Shown here one piece after another: positions 8,269 through 17,300 of a stretch of DNA of 40,000 nt. This DNA is from Asanoa ishikariensis (GTDB lineage: Bacteria; Actinomycetota; Actinomycetes; Mycobacteriales; Micromonosporaceae): positions 280,193-320,192 of the forward strand of contig NZ_FNQB01000004.1 of the NCBI RefSeq assembly GCF_900107455.1, given 5' to 3'. The position numbers and the translations under genes are program-made. The notes under the pieces were generated by a model. That model saw nothing but the letters and a program-made list of their open reading frames with translations, did no database searches and was not told the DNA's origin. Position 1 is the stretch's first letter. Each line of letters opens with the position of its first letter.

Positions 8269-9410
8269 CGTCGACAGCCGTCTCCGCGAGGCATCTGGTC
8301 CGGAGGGCCCTGCGCATCGACCAGACGGGCACCCAACCGCTGTTCGTTTTCGCGCTGCGCGCCGACGAGGTGTTGCGGATCGCCGACATTTCCCGAGTCA
8401 GCAGGGACGAGGCCGGCAACCTCATCGGCTACCAACGACCTGAGGTGCGTCGGCACGTGGAGGAGATCGTCGAGTACCTGAACACCGCAGGATCACTGTT
8501 TCCCAACCCGATTATTCTCGCTCTGTCGTCGCGGACGCGGTTCGAGTCCAGCCGTGGGCCGGGGGCTGGCGATGGTCTGGCTACGTCCGGCAAACTGACG
8601 ATTCCACTGCCGGCGGACGGAAAACCCAAGCCGGCCTGGATTGTGGACGGCCAGCAGCGAGCGCTCGCCCTTGCACGGACTCACCGCAGCGACTTCCCAG
8701 TTCCGGTAACCGCGTTCGTTGCCGACAGCGTCGGCCTGCAACGTGATCAGTTTCTACGCGTCAACAACACCAGGCCGCTTCCGCGCGGGCTTGTCACCGA
8801 ACTGCTTCCCGAGGTGGACAGTCCTCTCCCGCCGCGACTGGCGATCCGCAAGGCTCCAGCGGCCCTGTGCGACGTGCTCAACACGGACCCCGCCTCTCCA
8901 ATGCACGGGCTCATCAAGAGGGCTTCGACCACGCGCGAGCAAGCGCCAAACGCAGTCATTACTGACACGGTCATCGTCAACATGATCAATGAAAGCCTCA
9001 CGTCACCGTCCGGATGCCTGTTCCCTTATCGGGATGTCAGCCGGAACGAAACCGACTTCGACGGCATCCTGCAGGCGCTGTTCACCTACTGGGCGGCGGT
9101 GCGCGATACTTTCCCGGACGCGTGGGGGAAGCCGGCTAACAAAAGCAGACTGATGCACGGCGCAGGCGTTCGCGCGATGGGCCGGCTCATGGACCGAATC
9201 CTTGGTGTTGTTGATCCACGTAGCCCCAACGCGCCGGAGACAATCCGGCAGCACTTGGCCCTTATCGCACCGTATTGCCACTGGACCGCAGGCACGTGGG
9301 ACGACCTCGGCCTGCGCTGGAACGAGATCGAGAACGTGCACCGACATATACAAGAGTTGTCCAGTTACCTAATCCGTGTTCAGCGCAACACCCGGGTGGA
9401 GTTGGCGTGA
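8265..9410 (+). CDS. dpdB: DGQHR domain (ParB/DndB-like) protein, DpdB-like, paralog 1
   Basis: Track ORF 8265..9410. GYQRPEVRRHVEEIVEYL and WIVDGQQRALAL (DGQHR motif), then QFLRVNNTRPLPRGLVTELL. ATGA overlap with the upstream gene, GTGA overlap with dpdA. Confidence 0.75.
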   Translation: MTSTAVSARHLVRRALRIDQTGTQPLFVFALRADEVLRIADISRVSRDEAGNLIGYQRPEVRRHVEEIVEYLNTAGSLFPNPIILALSSRTRFESSRGPGAGDGLATSGKLTIPLPADGKPKPAWIVDGQQRALALARTHRSDFPVPVTAFVADSVGLQRDQFLRVNNTRPLPRGLVTELLPEVDSPLPPRLAIRKAPAALCDVLNTDPASPMHGLIKRASTTREQAPNAVITDTVIVNMINESLTSPSGCLFPYRDVSRNETDFDGILQALFTYWAAVRDTFPDAWGKPANKSRLMHGAGVRAMGRLMDRILGVVDPRSPNAPETIRQHLALIAPYCHWTAGTWDDLGLRWNEIENVHRHIQELSSYLIRVQRNTRVELA

Positions 9411-10648
9411 GATTCTTCTTCCCGGACAGCCAGGACCAGGTCGATCCGACCTTCGACTTCGAGACCGAGGAGCACGATCCGTTTCGCGTGCGACAGCGGG
9501 ACGATCTCTATGCCCACGAGGTGTTGACAGGGGCCCCGTTCGACGGCTTGCTCGTCTCAAAGGCCATCGTCGACGGCCAGGCCGGCAGCAGCGCCGGCAA
9601 GTACACCGTGGCTCAGCGGCACCGGCTCTACCGCGAAGGCGCTCGTCGGTTCTTCCGCCTGGACCACGGGCATACACCTCTCAAGATCATGGGGGACTGT
9701 GGAGCATTCTCTTACGTCGCGGAGGCGAAGCCGCCGTACACGGTTGACGAGGTTATCGACTTCTACGACGGATGCGGATTCGACTACGGCATTTCCGTCG
9801 ACCACGTCATCTTCCAGTACGACCCGACAGCGAGCCTGGCGGAAGCCGAAGGGAGAGGGTGGGCGGAGCGTCAGCGGATCACGCTCGAGCTCGCGGAAGC
9901 GTTCCTGGACCGATGTGCGACGAGACGGGTGAACTTCAGCCCTTACGGTGTGGCGCAAGGATGGAGCCCGCAGTCCTATGCCGAGGCGGTGAATAGGCTG
10001 CAAGACCTGGGCTATCGGCACATCGCCCTCGGTGGGATGGTGCCGCTCAAGTCGCGCGACATCCTGGCGTGCCTCGCCGCCATCAAGCAGGAGCTTCGAA
10101 GCGATATGGAGATGCACTTGCTGGGTATCAGCCGGTGCGATGACGTTCCGAGCTTCGCCGCGGGCGGAGTCACCAGCTTCGACAGCACGTCGCCGTTCAG
10201 GCAGGCGTTCAAGGACGATCGCGACAATTACTACACGCAGTCGCGCACCTATGTCGCCCTGCGGGTGCCGCAGGTGGATGGCAATCTGAAGTTGAGGGCC
10301 CGGATCCGTTCCGGCGAGATCAGCCAGGGCATGGCGATCGCGTTGGAGCGGGAGGCGCTTGATCAACTCCGTCGGTACGACAAGGACGAAACTGACGTCG
10401 ACTCCGTCGTGCAGGCACTCGCGTCCTACAGCGCCGTCTGGGACGGCAAGTCCGACCGCAGCAGTCAATATCGTGAGACACTCACCGACCGTCCGTGGCG
10501 AAACTGTTCTTGTGACCTCTGCCAGCGGCACGGTATTGAGATCGCGATCTTCAGAGGATCCGAACGCAACAAGCGCCGTGGATTCCACAACCTGTACGTC
10601 TTCGAACAGCAACTTCGTGCCCGCCAAGCAAGGAAGGACCCCGCGTGA
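9407..10648 (+). CDS. dpdA: tRNA-guanine transglycosylase-like DNA transglycosylase DpdA
   Basis: In-frame GTG 9407 within track ORF 9275..10648. N-terminus VRFFFPDSQDQVDPTFDF, TIM-barrel-like core (GDCGAFSY, ALGGMVPLK, HLLGISR, FDSTSP) and a TGT-type zinc site CSCDLCQRHG...FHN. About 413 aa. Confidence 0.85.
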   Translation: MRFFFPDSQDQVDPTFDFETEEHDPFRVRQRDDLYAHEVLTGAPFDGLLVSKAIVDGQAGSSAGKYTVAQRHRLYREGARRFFRLDHGHTPLKIMGDCGAFSYVAEAKPPYTVDEVIDFYDGCGFDYGISVDHVIFQYDPTASLAEAEGRGWAERQRITLELAEAFLDRCATRRVNFSPYGVAQGWSPQSYAEAVNRLQDLGYRHIALGGMVPLKSRDILACLAAIKQELRSDMEMHLLGISRCDDVPSFAAGGVTSFDSTSPFRQAFKDDRDNYYTQSRTYVALRVPQVDGNLKLRARIRSGEISQGMAIALEREALDQLRRYDKDETDVDSVVQALASYSAVWDGKSDRSSQYRETLTDRPWRNCSCDLCQRHGIEIAIFRGSERNKRRGFHNLYVFEQQLRARQARKDPA

Positions 10649-11796
10649 CCGAGACCTCCGAGCGTGATAGTGGTACGGCGACTGAACTCCGGCTGCCCAC
10701 GCTGAAGATCGATCAGGGGCGCGGGCGCAGCCTGTTCAGCTTCGCCGTCGACGGCAAGCTGGTGCCGCAGATCGCAACGGTTTCCCGCATCCGCCGCGAC
10801 CAGAACACCGAACTACACGGCTATCAGCGCCCCGAAGCGCTCAGCCACGTGGCGGCAATCCGTCGGTACATCGAGACTGACGAGAGTCCCATGCTTCCCA
10901 ACGCCATCGTTATCGCGTTCGACGAGCGAGTTCGATTCGAGCCGGCTTCAGGCAGCACCATCGACGAACCGGGCTACGTACAGGCCGGCACCTTGGTCAT
11001 TCCGTTGATCGACGGGCCGGACCACGAACGGCCTGGATTCATCGTGGATGGTCAGCAACGTTGCGCCGCCATCCGAGACGCCCGCGTCGACCGATTCCCG
11101 ATCAGCGTGAACGCCTTCGTCACCAGCGAGACCGCTGACCAGCGTTCGCAATTCATCCTGGTCAACTCCACCAAAGCACTGCCGAAGGGCCTGATTCACG
11201 AGTTGCTACCTCGTGCGTCCGGCGCTCTGCCGACACCGCTGCGTGTTCGCCAACTGCCGGCCACGCTGCTGGAGCGACTCAACTTCGACGCCGTGCGTTC
11301 CCCGCTGCATCACATGATTCAGACCCCGACCAACCCAGGCGGATACATCAAGGACAACTCGATGCTTCGGATGCTGGAAAACAGCCTTTCCGACGGCGCC
11401 CTTTACCGTTATCGCAACGACGACGGGCTGCCCAGCACCGGGGAAATGCTGACGTTGCTGTACAACTTCTGGGCCGCCGTCAGGGATACCTTCCCGGACG
11501 CGTGGGGCAAGCCGTCTCGCAAATCCCGGCTCATGCACGGTGCGGGCATCGTCAGCATGGGATACCTGATGGACGCGATCAGCCACGTCCGTGACAACGG
11601 AGGCGAGATCGTCAGCACCGAGGAGTTCGCCGTCGACCTCAAGGCCGTGGCCGAGGATTGCCACTGGACCGAGGGCGAATGGAGGTTCAGCGACGGTGTC
11701 GTCCGCAAGTGGAACGACATCCAGAACACTCCGAAGGACATCCAGCGAGTGGCGGACATGCTGCAGAACCGCTATCGGGCCAGCCAACTCCGCTGA
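10645..11796 (+). CDS. dpdB: DGQHR domain (ParB/DndB-like) protein, DpdB-like, paralog 2
   Basis: Track ORF 10645..11796. GYQRPEALSHVAAIRRYI, FIVDGQQRCAAI, QFILVNSTKALPKGLIHELL. Collinear with the 8265..9410 product over its full length, including a near-identical block FWAAVRDTFPDAWGKPSRKSRLMHGAG. GTGA overlap with the dpdA stop. Confidence 0.75.
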   Translation: MTETSERDSGTATELRLPTLKIDQGRGRSLFSFAVDGKLVPQIATVSRIRRDQNTELHGYQRPEALSHVAAIRRYIETDESPMLPNAIVIAFDERVRFEPASGSTIDEPGYVQAGTLVIPLIDGPDHERPGFIVDGQQRCAAIRDARVDRFPISVNAFVTSETADQRSQFILVNSTKALPKGLIHELLPRASGALPTPLRVRQLPATLLERLNFDAVRSPLHHMIQTPTNPGGYIKDNSMLRMLENSLSDGALYRYRNDDGLPSTGEMLTLLYNFWAAVRDTFPDAWGKPSRKSRLMHGAGIVSMGYLMDAISHVRDNGGEIVSTEEFAVDLKAVAEDCHWTEGEWRFSDGVVRKWNDIQNTPKDIQRVADMLQNRYRASQLR

Positions 11797-11809
11797 CCGA
11801 GAAACCAGG

Positions 11810-11842
11810 GTCCGGGCGCACGCGCGACGCGTACGCCCGGAC
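11810..11842. terminator. Hairpin between the convergent modification and restriction operons (candidate bidirectional terminator)
   Basis: gtccgggcgcacgcg-cga-cgcgtacgcccggac gives 14 paired positions with one C/A mismatch and a 3-nt loop. It lies in the 55-bp gap between stop codons at 11796 (+) and 11852 (-). There is no U-tract, as is common in high-GC actinobacteria. Confidence 0.5.
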
Positions 11843-11851
11843 TCTGCCGGC

Positions 11852-13801
11852 TCACAGGGCGGAGGCTACCGCTCGCAGAAGTGACGCCGAGCCCGATCCG
11901 TCCGCTTCTCTGATGATCGTGTCCTTGCGCGCCTGGGCGCGGATGAACCCTGTGGCGGCATGGGTTGCGCAGCGGGTGGCCATGATGATTACGTCCGCCC
12001 GGCGGACCCACTGTTTGAGCCGTGGGCTACCCACATGGTCGTTGCTGTATTGGATGACCAGTGCGGGCGCCGCCTCCTTCAGCGCATCGCCTGCCCTACG
12101 CAGCACGCCGTCGTCCAGCGAGTAGAGCAGGACCTGACGGGCGGTGTTCGGCATCGTTCCCGGTGCGCCGGACTCCCGTTTGACGTCCCACGGCAGCTCC
12201 AACCCGAGCTCGCCGTCAATGATGCGGGCGAGGGCGAGTTGGTCGGCTTCAAGCCGAGTCCGTTGGCTTGCCATCGGAGCCAGCAGACGCTCTGCGATTC
12301 GCCGACGGGCCTCCTGATCCGGACTTGGTGCCCGGGCGATCGCGTCGCAGATGTCCAACACGATCGAGGCGTTGTTGACGCTGACCCAGCTGGCCGACTC
12401 GTCGCCGAGGTCGGCCAGCAACTGCCGGTACTCACCGGCGGCCAGCCCATCTCGCAACGAGATCTCCAGCAGGGCGACGATGCCGGCCATGTCGCTGAAC
12501 CGGAATCGGCTGTATGTGAGGGCATTGGTGAGGAAAGCACGAGCAGTCAGGCTGGCCGGCTGACCGAAACCGTCAGCTTCGACGAACGCCCCAGCTAGCT
12601 CCCAGGCGCGCTCGGCGCTGTCGTCGTCAAGTCTGTTCAGCAACTCCGCTAGAGCGTTGTCGGAGGCTACCGCCGGTTCCCAGGAGCGCCAGGCTTCCTC
12701 GGCCATCGCCGGCCGGACGTCCCTGCCCGCGGCGATCTCCTCCACGAGTTCCGTCCAGCTACCAGGCGCCGTAGGCGTCTCTGCCTTCCGCTCTTCCGCC
12801 GTCAGTTCTTTCGGCTCGGCGGTGTGCGGCCGGAATGTCGGATGAAGCGATTCGAGGTACTCGACGACGCCGAGCTTCGCACCGACCAGCCGCTGCCAAG
12901 CCGACTCGTCGGCTTGGAGCCGTTGCCATAGAACGACGTTGCCGCTGCCAGCGGAGGTGAGCGCCAAGACGGTCAAGGCCTCGACCCCAAAATCGGTCAG
13001 CGGTCCGTCGGCCAGTCCGGGGGCCACTGACGCATCGCGTTCCAGCACCTCGAGGGCGCGGTCCAGGTTGCCCTCGGCAAGGGGGGCGGCCACCAGCGTT
13101 GAGTGCAGCGCGTCCAGGATCGCTTCGCGGACCGGCAGCGGTGGCCGCGTCGCCACCACGTCGCGCAGCAGGGGAAGACGCAACAATTCGCTGTGTCGTC
13201 CCATCCGGGCCAGTCGTTTGACTGTCAGGTAGGCGATGTTCATCCCGCCGAGGCCGGCGCCTTCGAGACGGTTCAAGAGTTCAGCGCTGCTGCGGTGATC
13301 ACCCGCCGCCATCGCGAGTTCGAACTCGGCCAGCAACCGGCCGACCGGCAGAGTTTCGGTCCAGTGCGTGACCGGCCGATGGGTAATGACCCGGTGCATT
13401 CGCTTGAGCGCGCGCCAGAGTTCCCGAGAGGTCGCCTGGGAGTGTTCCAGCACGAACACTCGCCGATGTCCCACGAACGCGGCCACGGCATCGTCGATCG
13501 GATCGCCACCACGCAGGGGCTCCGGACGGTCGGCGAGCGCAGCGTGGCTGGGAACCACGAAGGCGTTCAACCATTCGCGTACGGCGTTTGCGTGCCGGAC
13601 GTCCCGCGGGATCACGTAGATATGTTTGGTCGCCTTTCCGGGCTCGTTGCGCGGAAGGATGTACGGAATGCTAGATCCTTTGACGGCGAAGTCCGCCATG
13701 AAGCCGGCGAGGAACTCAGCCGCCCCCGCACCGGGATCGCGCCCGGGCCAACTGTCATTTCCCGGCCCGAAGAAGACGTCTAGGAAGGTCTCCTGGTTCA
13801 C
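11852..13801 (-). CDS. 649-aa protein of unknown function, last gene of the restriction operon; DpdD-position candidate
   Basis: C-terminal part of track ORF 11852..13960. GTG 13801 overlaps the PLD gene stop (GTGA). Largely helical. The C-terminal roughly 90 aa (VLLYSLDDG...VRRADVIIMATRCATHAATGFIRAQARKDTIIREADGSGSASLL) resembles the DUF2325-type module by eye. Assignment is by elimination and context only. Confidence 0.45.
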   Translation of the reverse strand: MNQETFLDVFFGPGNDSWPGRDPGAGAAEFLAGFMADFAVKGSSIPYILPRNEPGKATKHIYVIPRDVRHANAVREWLNAFVVPSHAALADRPEPLRGGDPIDDAVAAFVGHRRVFVLEHSQATSRELWRALKRMHRVITHRPVTHWTETLPVGRLLAEFELAMAAGDHRSSAELLNRLEGAGLGGMNIAYLTVKRLARMGRHSELLRLPLLRDVVATRPPLPVREAILDALHSTLVAAPLAEGNLDRALEVLERDASVAPGLADGPLTDFGVEALTVLALTSAGSGNVVLWQRLQADESAWQRLVGAKLGVVEYLESLHPTFRPHTAEPKELTAEERKAETPTAPGSWTELVEEIAAGRDVRPAMAEEAWRSWEPAVASDNALAELLNRLDDDSAERAWELAGAFVEADGFGQPASLTARAFLTNALTYSRFRFSDMAGIVALLEISLRDGLAAGEYRQLLADLGDESASWVSVNNASIVLDICDAIARAPSPDQEARRRIAERLLAPMASQRTRLEADQLALARIIDGELGLELPWDVKRESGAPGTMPNTARQVLLYSLDDGVLRRAGDALKEAAPALVIQYSNDHVGSPRLKQWVRRADVIIMATRCATHAATGFIRAQARKDTIIREADGSGSASLLRAVASAL

Positions 13802-14328
13802 GGTGCCGCCCCGGTCCCGGCACCGAACCGTCGTTCGAAGTCGAGCCTCGCGTGGGCGGCCGTCGCCGGGTCGATGCGATAGCTGACGGCTTCGTCGTTG
13901 ACCGCCATCCCCCGGTAGGTGAAGTTCATCGAGCCGGTGATCAGCCAATCCTCCCCGCACAGCGTCTTCTCGTGTACGTCTTCGGCCTTGATCACGCTGA
14001 CCGAGCCGGTGATCGCCTGCCGGTCCAGGCGGGCGAGGAAGACGCTATTGAACTTATCCGGACGGGTGACAACCGATAGGCGGCCGCCGGCGTGAGTGAT
14101 GCCGGCGAGCACCTCGGCAAGCGTGTAGACGCGGTTGGACGGATCGGGGAAGACGGCGTCGTACGCCGCGCTCCGATTGTCGATCGCGTCGACGTCGCCG
14201 ATCCACGGCGAGACCAGCCACAGGTGCGAACTGGGCGTCATGAGTTCGGCCAGCAGCGCCGTGGCCAGGATCCCGTCGATGCGTACCCCCGTACGCGCAC
14301 TTGTTCGTACCACCCGTTCGTCGGTCAC
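13798..14328 (-). CDS. dpdK: Phospholipase D-like (HKD) nuclease domain protein, DpdK-like
   Basis: Track ORF 13798..14328. A single HKD motif VHEKTLCGEDWLITGSMNFT in a 176-aa protein. The GTG 14328 start overlaps the upstream helicase stop (GTGA). Confidence 0.8.
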   Translation of the reverse strand: MTDERVVRTSARTGVRIDGILATALLAELMTPSSHLWLVSPWIGDVDAIDNRSAAYDAVFPDPSNRVYTLAEVLAGITHAGGRLSVVTRPDKFNSVFLARLDRQAITGSVSVIKAEDVHEKTLCGEDWLITGSMNFTYRGMAVNDEAVSYRIDPATAAHARLDFERRFGAGTGAAP

Positions 14329-17300
14329 TGAACGAACTCCCGAATCTCTACGACGCAGCGGATCTTCCCGGCCTCGCGGGCGACGGAGCGGACCTGGCCG
14401 TACACCCGCAGTGCTCCGTGATCCACCGCAATGGTCGGCACCAGGCGCATGGCGGAGGTCAGGTCAGTCATGGTTTCAACCGGCGCGATCAGTTGCACCG
14501 CACCCGACCGGTTGATCTCCGTCGCGTACCTTTCCCGCCATCCAGGGTCAGTGATGTCTATCTGCGTCATCCGCTCGTCGTGTGCCGCCTGCACCAGAAG
14601 ACGGTCCAGCAACGGGCTCGGCGCGAACGGCTGATAGTGGACAAGTTGCTGGGAGCGGGCGTCGGCGCCGCGCGGCCACAGCATGCTGTACACCTGGTCC
14701 GCAGCGAACCGGTGGATGTCCAGGCCGGGCACGGCGATGTGGCCTGTGCTCGCCAGATAGGAGAAGACCGCGGCGTCAACCTCGAAGCCGAGCCGGGTCT
14801 GGGTCTCGTCCCAGACCCTCATCAACTCAAGAACGAGCCGATCAGTATTTCGGTCCGTACCCTTCCGGAGGAGGCGCCCGGACAGTGCCGACACGGCCTG
14901 TTGTCTGGGGTGTCCGTCGATCGCAGCCCAGGCCCGCTTCAGTTCACGCAGGGCATCCTCCGCCGCTCCGGCGGACGGCGGGTCACGCAGCACCTCGATC
15001 TGCCGTGCCGCGGCCGACTGAGGATCGTCGACGACGCGCCGCAACAACTGCGTAAGCGTGTCATGCAGGTATTCGTAATCACTAGGAGCCAGGGCGTTGT
15101 CGACAAGCGACCAGAACCGGCGCGGATCCTGCTGGTAGTAGGGCACCAACTGGCTGACGAGGCCCAGTCCGCCTAGCGCCGTCTCGCTCAGCCAGATTGT
15201 GGTGACACCGTCTGCTGTCTCTGGCGCGATGACGTCGACGGTGAGGTCACCGTCCTGTGCGTCTGGGCACGCGCGCTGCGCTGCCGCCAGGATCGCCGCG
15301 GCCACGGTGTCCCGGTACGCCCGCTGAGCCAGGTCGGCCGTCTGATCTCCGATGTCGTCGCACCAGAGCAGCCGGCTGTGCCGGTCGACGGCCTCCCTGA
15401 CCACCTTCAAGGTGGCTAGGTGCCGCAGGTCATTCGTCAACCGATCTGGTCCGGTGCTGCCCTCGCTGCGGTAGATGGCATTGAGGACCTGGTCGACCTG
15501 ATCGGACCAGCGTCCGTCGGACAACGAGCCGTGCGCCAGTTCGGGATCGTTTGGGCCACCCCCACACCGCTTCAGCGCGTACGCGGTGGTGTACACCAGG
15601 GCCAGCCATCCGCGGGCGAACACATTGACGTGGTCGTCCAGTTCGGGGTCGGACAGGAGTGCGGCCTTGAACGCCAGGAACCGCCATTGAGGCGAGCGTA
15701 CGTAGGCGGCGACGCGTTCGTCGGATGGATCCACCGCGGCGATCGTGAATTTGATCGCGTCGACGTCAAGCCGGAACCCGAGTGCCGCGGGCTCGCCGTG
15801 GTGGCGGTACTCCACCTTGCTGGTGGTTCGCTCCGTACCGATCTGAGTCGTGCAACTTGCGCCCGTGGTCATCCGGCGCACCTCCACGGGATTGCCGGCC
15901 GCGCTGGTCGCGAATCCGACCGAGCGAACGCGCTCTTCCCACAGCGACGCCTTAGGGATCGCACCGCCGTAGAGATGGTCGGGAACGAAATGGGACTCCC
16001 ACACCGGAATGCCCTGCGACTGGTCTTTGACGTCACGCGGCGGCTCGGCCAGTTTGATGACGTGCGGGCGAAGCACGTGGATGGACCGCTGGCCGGGCGG
16101 CTGCCAGCGCCCCTCGTCGTCGTACTGTTCGACGAACGAGGTGATCTCCAGACCGCCGCCGTCCCGGGGGCCGGGCAACGGTAGCCAGGTGCGGTCGTAG
16201 CTACTCCGGTGGCCGTACCGGCGGCTGACCCGACCAGGCACAGCCTCACGCAGGGCGCTCTCAATCGGCATCGACTCGTCGTCCGCCGTGCGGAACGGCA
16301 ACCGGAAGGTCACCTCCGGAAGGTTCAGCGGATCGAACAGGGTACGAGTTACGAACTCGGGCAGCAGCGACCCCGGTCGGGCACCCGGTTCGGACGCCCG
16401 CCAGTTCGATTCCAGGCGTCGCAGGATTGTCGGTACGACGCCGAGCAGAAGCGAACGCGGCGGTTCCCACATGAGCGCCGTCACCTCGTCGGCGGGGATG
16501 TCCAAGGCCCGCCGCAGCCATACGGCCAGGTCCTCCTGAAGTTCCTGGTTATCCAGCAGGTCCCGCAACCGGTTAAGCACGGCTTCAGTACCTTGCACCT
16601 GGGTGGCATTTGCCGCCGGTGCCCTGACTACCTTGCGACTGTCGCATGAGGCACGCCGCCCCAGCCAGTCCAGCAAAGCCTGCGTCGCCTGGATCTTCAG
16701 CACGAACCGGTTGTTGACCGGTAATCTGCGCGCGGGGAGTTCTGGCGCGAACAATTGATCGTAGGCCTGGTAGGTGAGCCGGTCCCGGCCGAAGTCCGAG
16801 AGCGTCACCACGGTCCAGGGTCGCGTCAGGCGGCGCCGTCCGGCGCGCCCACGTCGCTGCAGGAACGATGCGGCATCGCGGGGCGCCTTATGCTGCAGCA
16901 CCAATCCGACCCGTTCGTCGTCGACGCCGACCTCGAGTGACGCCGTCGCCACGACGAGATCGGCGTCTTGGTCAACCCCGGAATCCTGCGACGAGGTCCG
17001 GGCTACGCGCAAACCATGACGGACAAGCTGTGGGTCCAAGTCCCGGCCGATGCGATGTACAAGGTCCCACGACTGGCCGTCCACGTACTGCTCGTTGGTG
17101 GCACCGTCCTTCGAACGCAGACCGGCCAGCACCTGGGGCGTCTTCCGTTGTCCCGGAGCCTGGCCTTCAGCATCGGAAAGGTCGTTGAACAGACGGTTCG
17201 TCACGTCGAGGTCGTCAGTGAATACGAATCCACGTGAGCCGTAGAGAGACTCCGAGCCGCGTACATCGAGGAGACGCGCGTGCAGCATCGCGGCCTGGAT

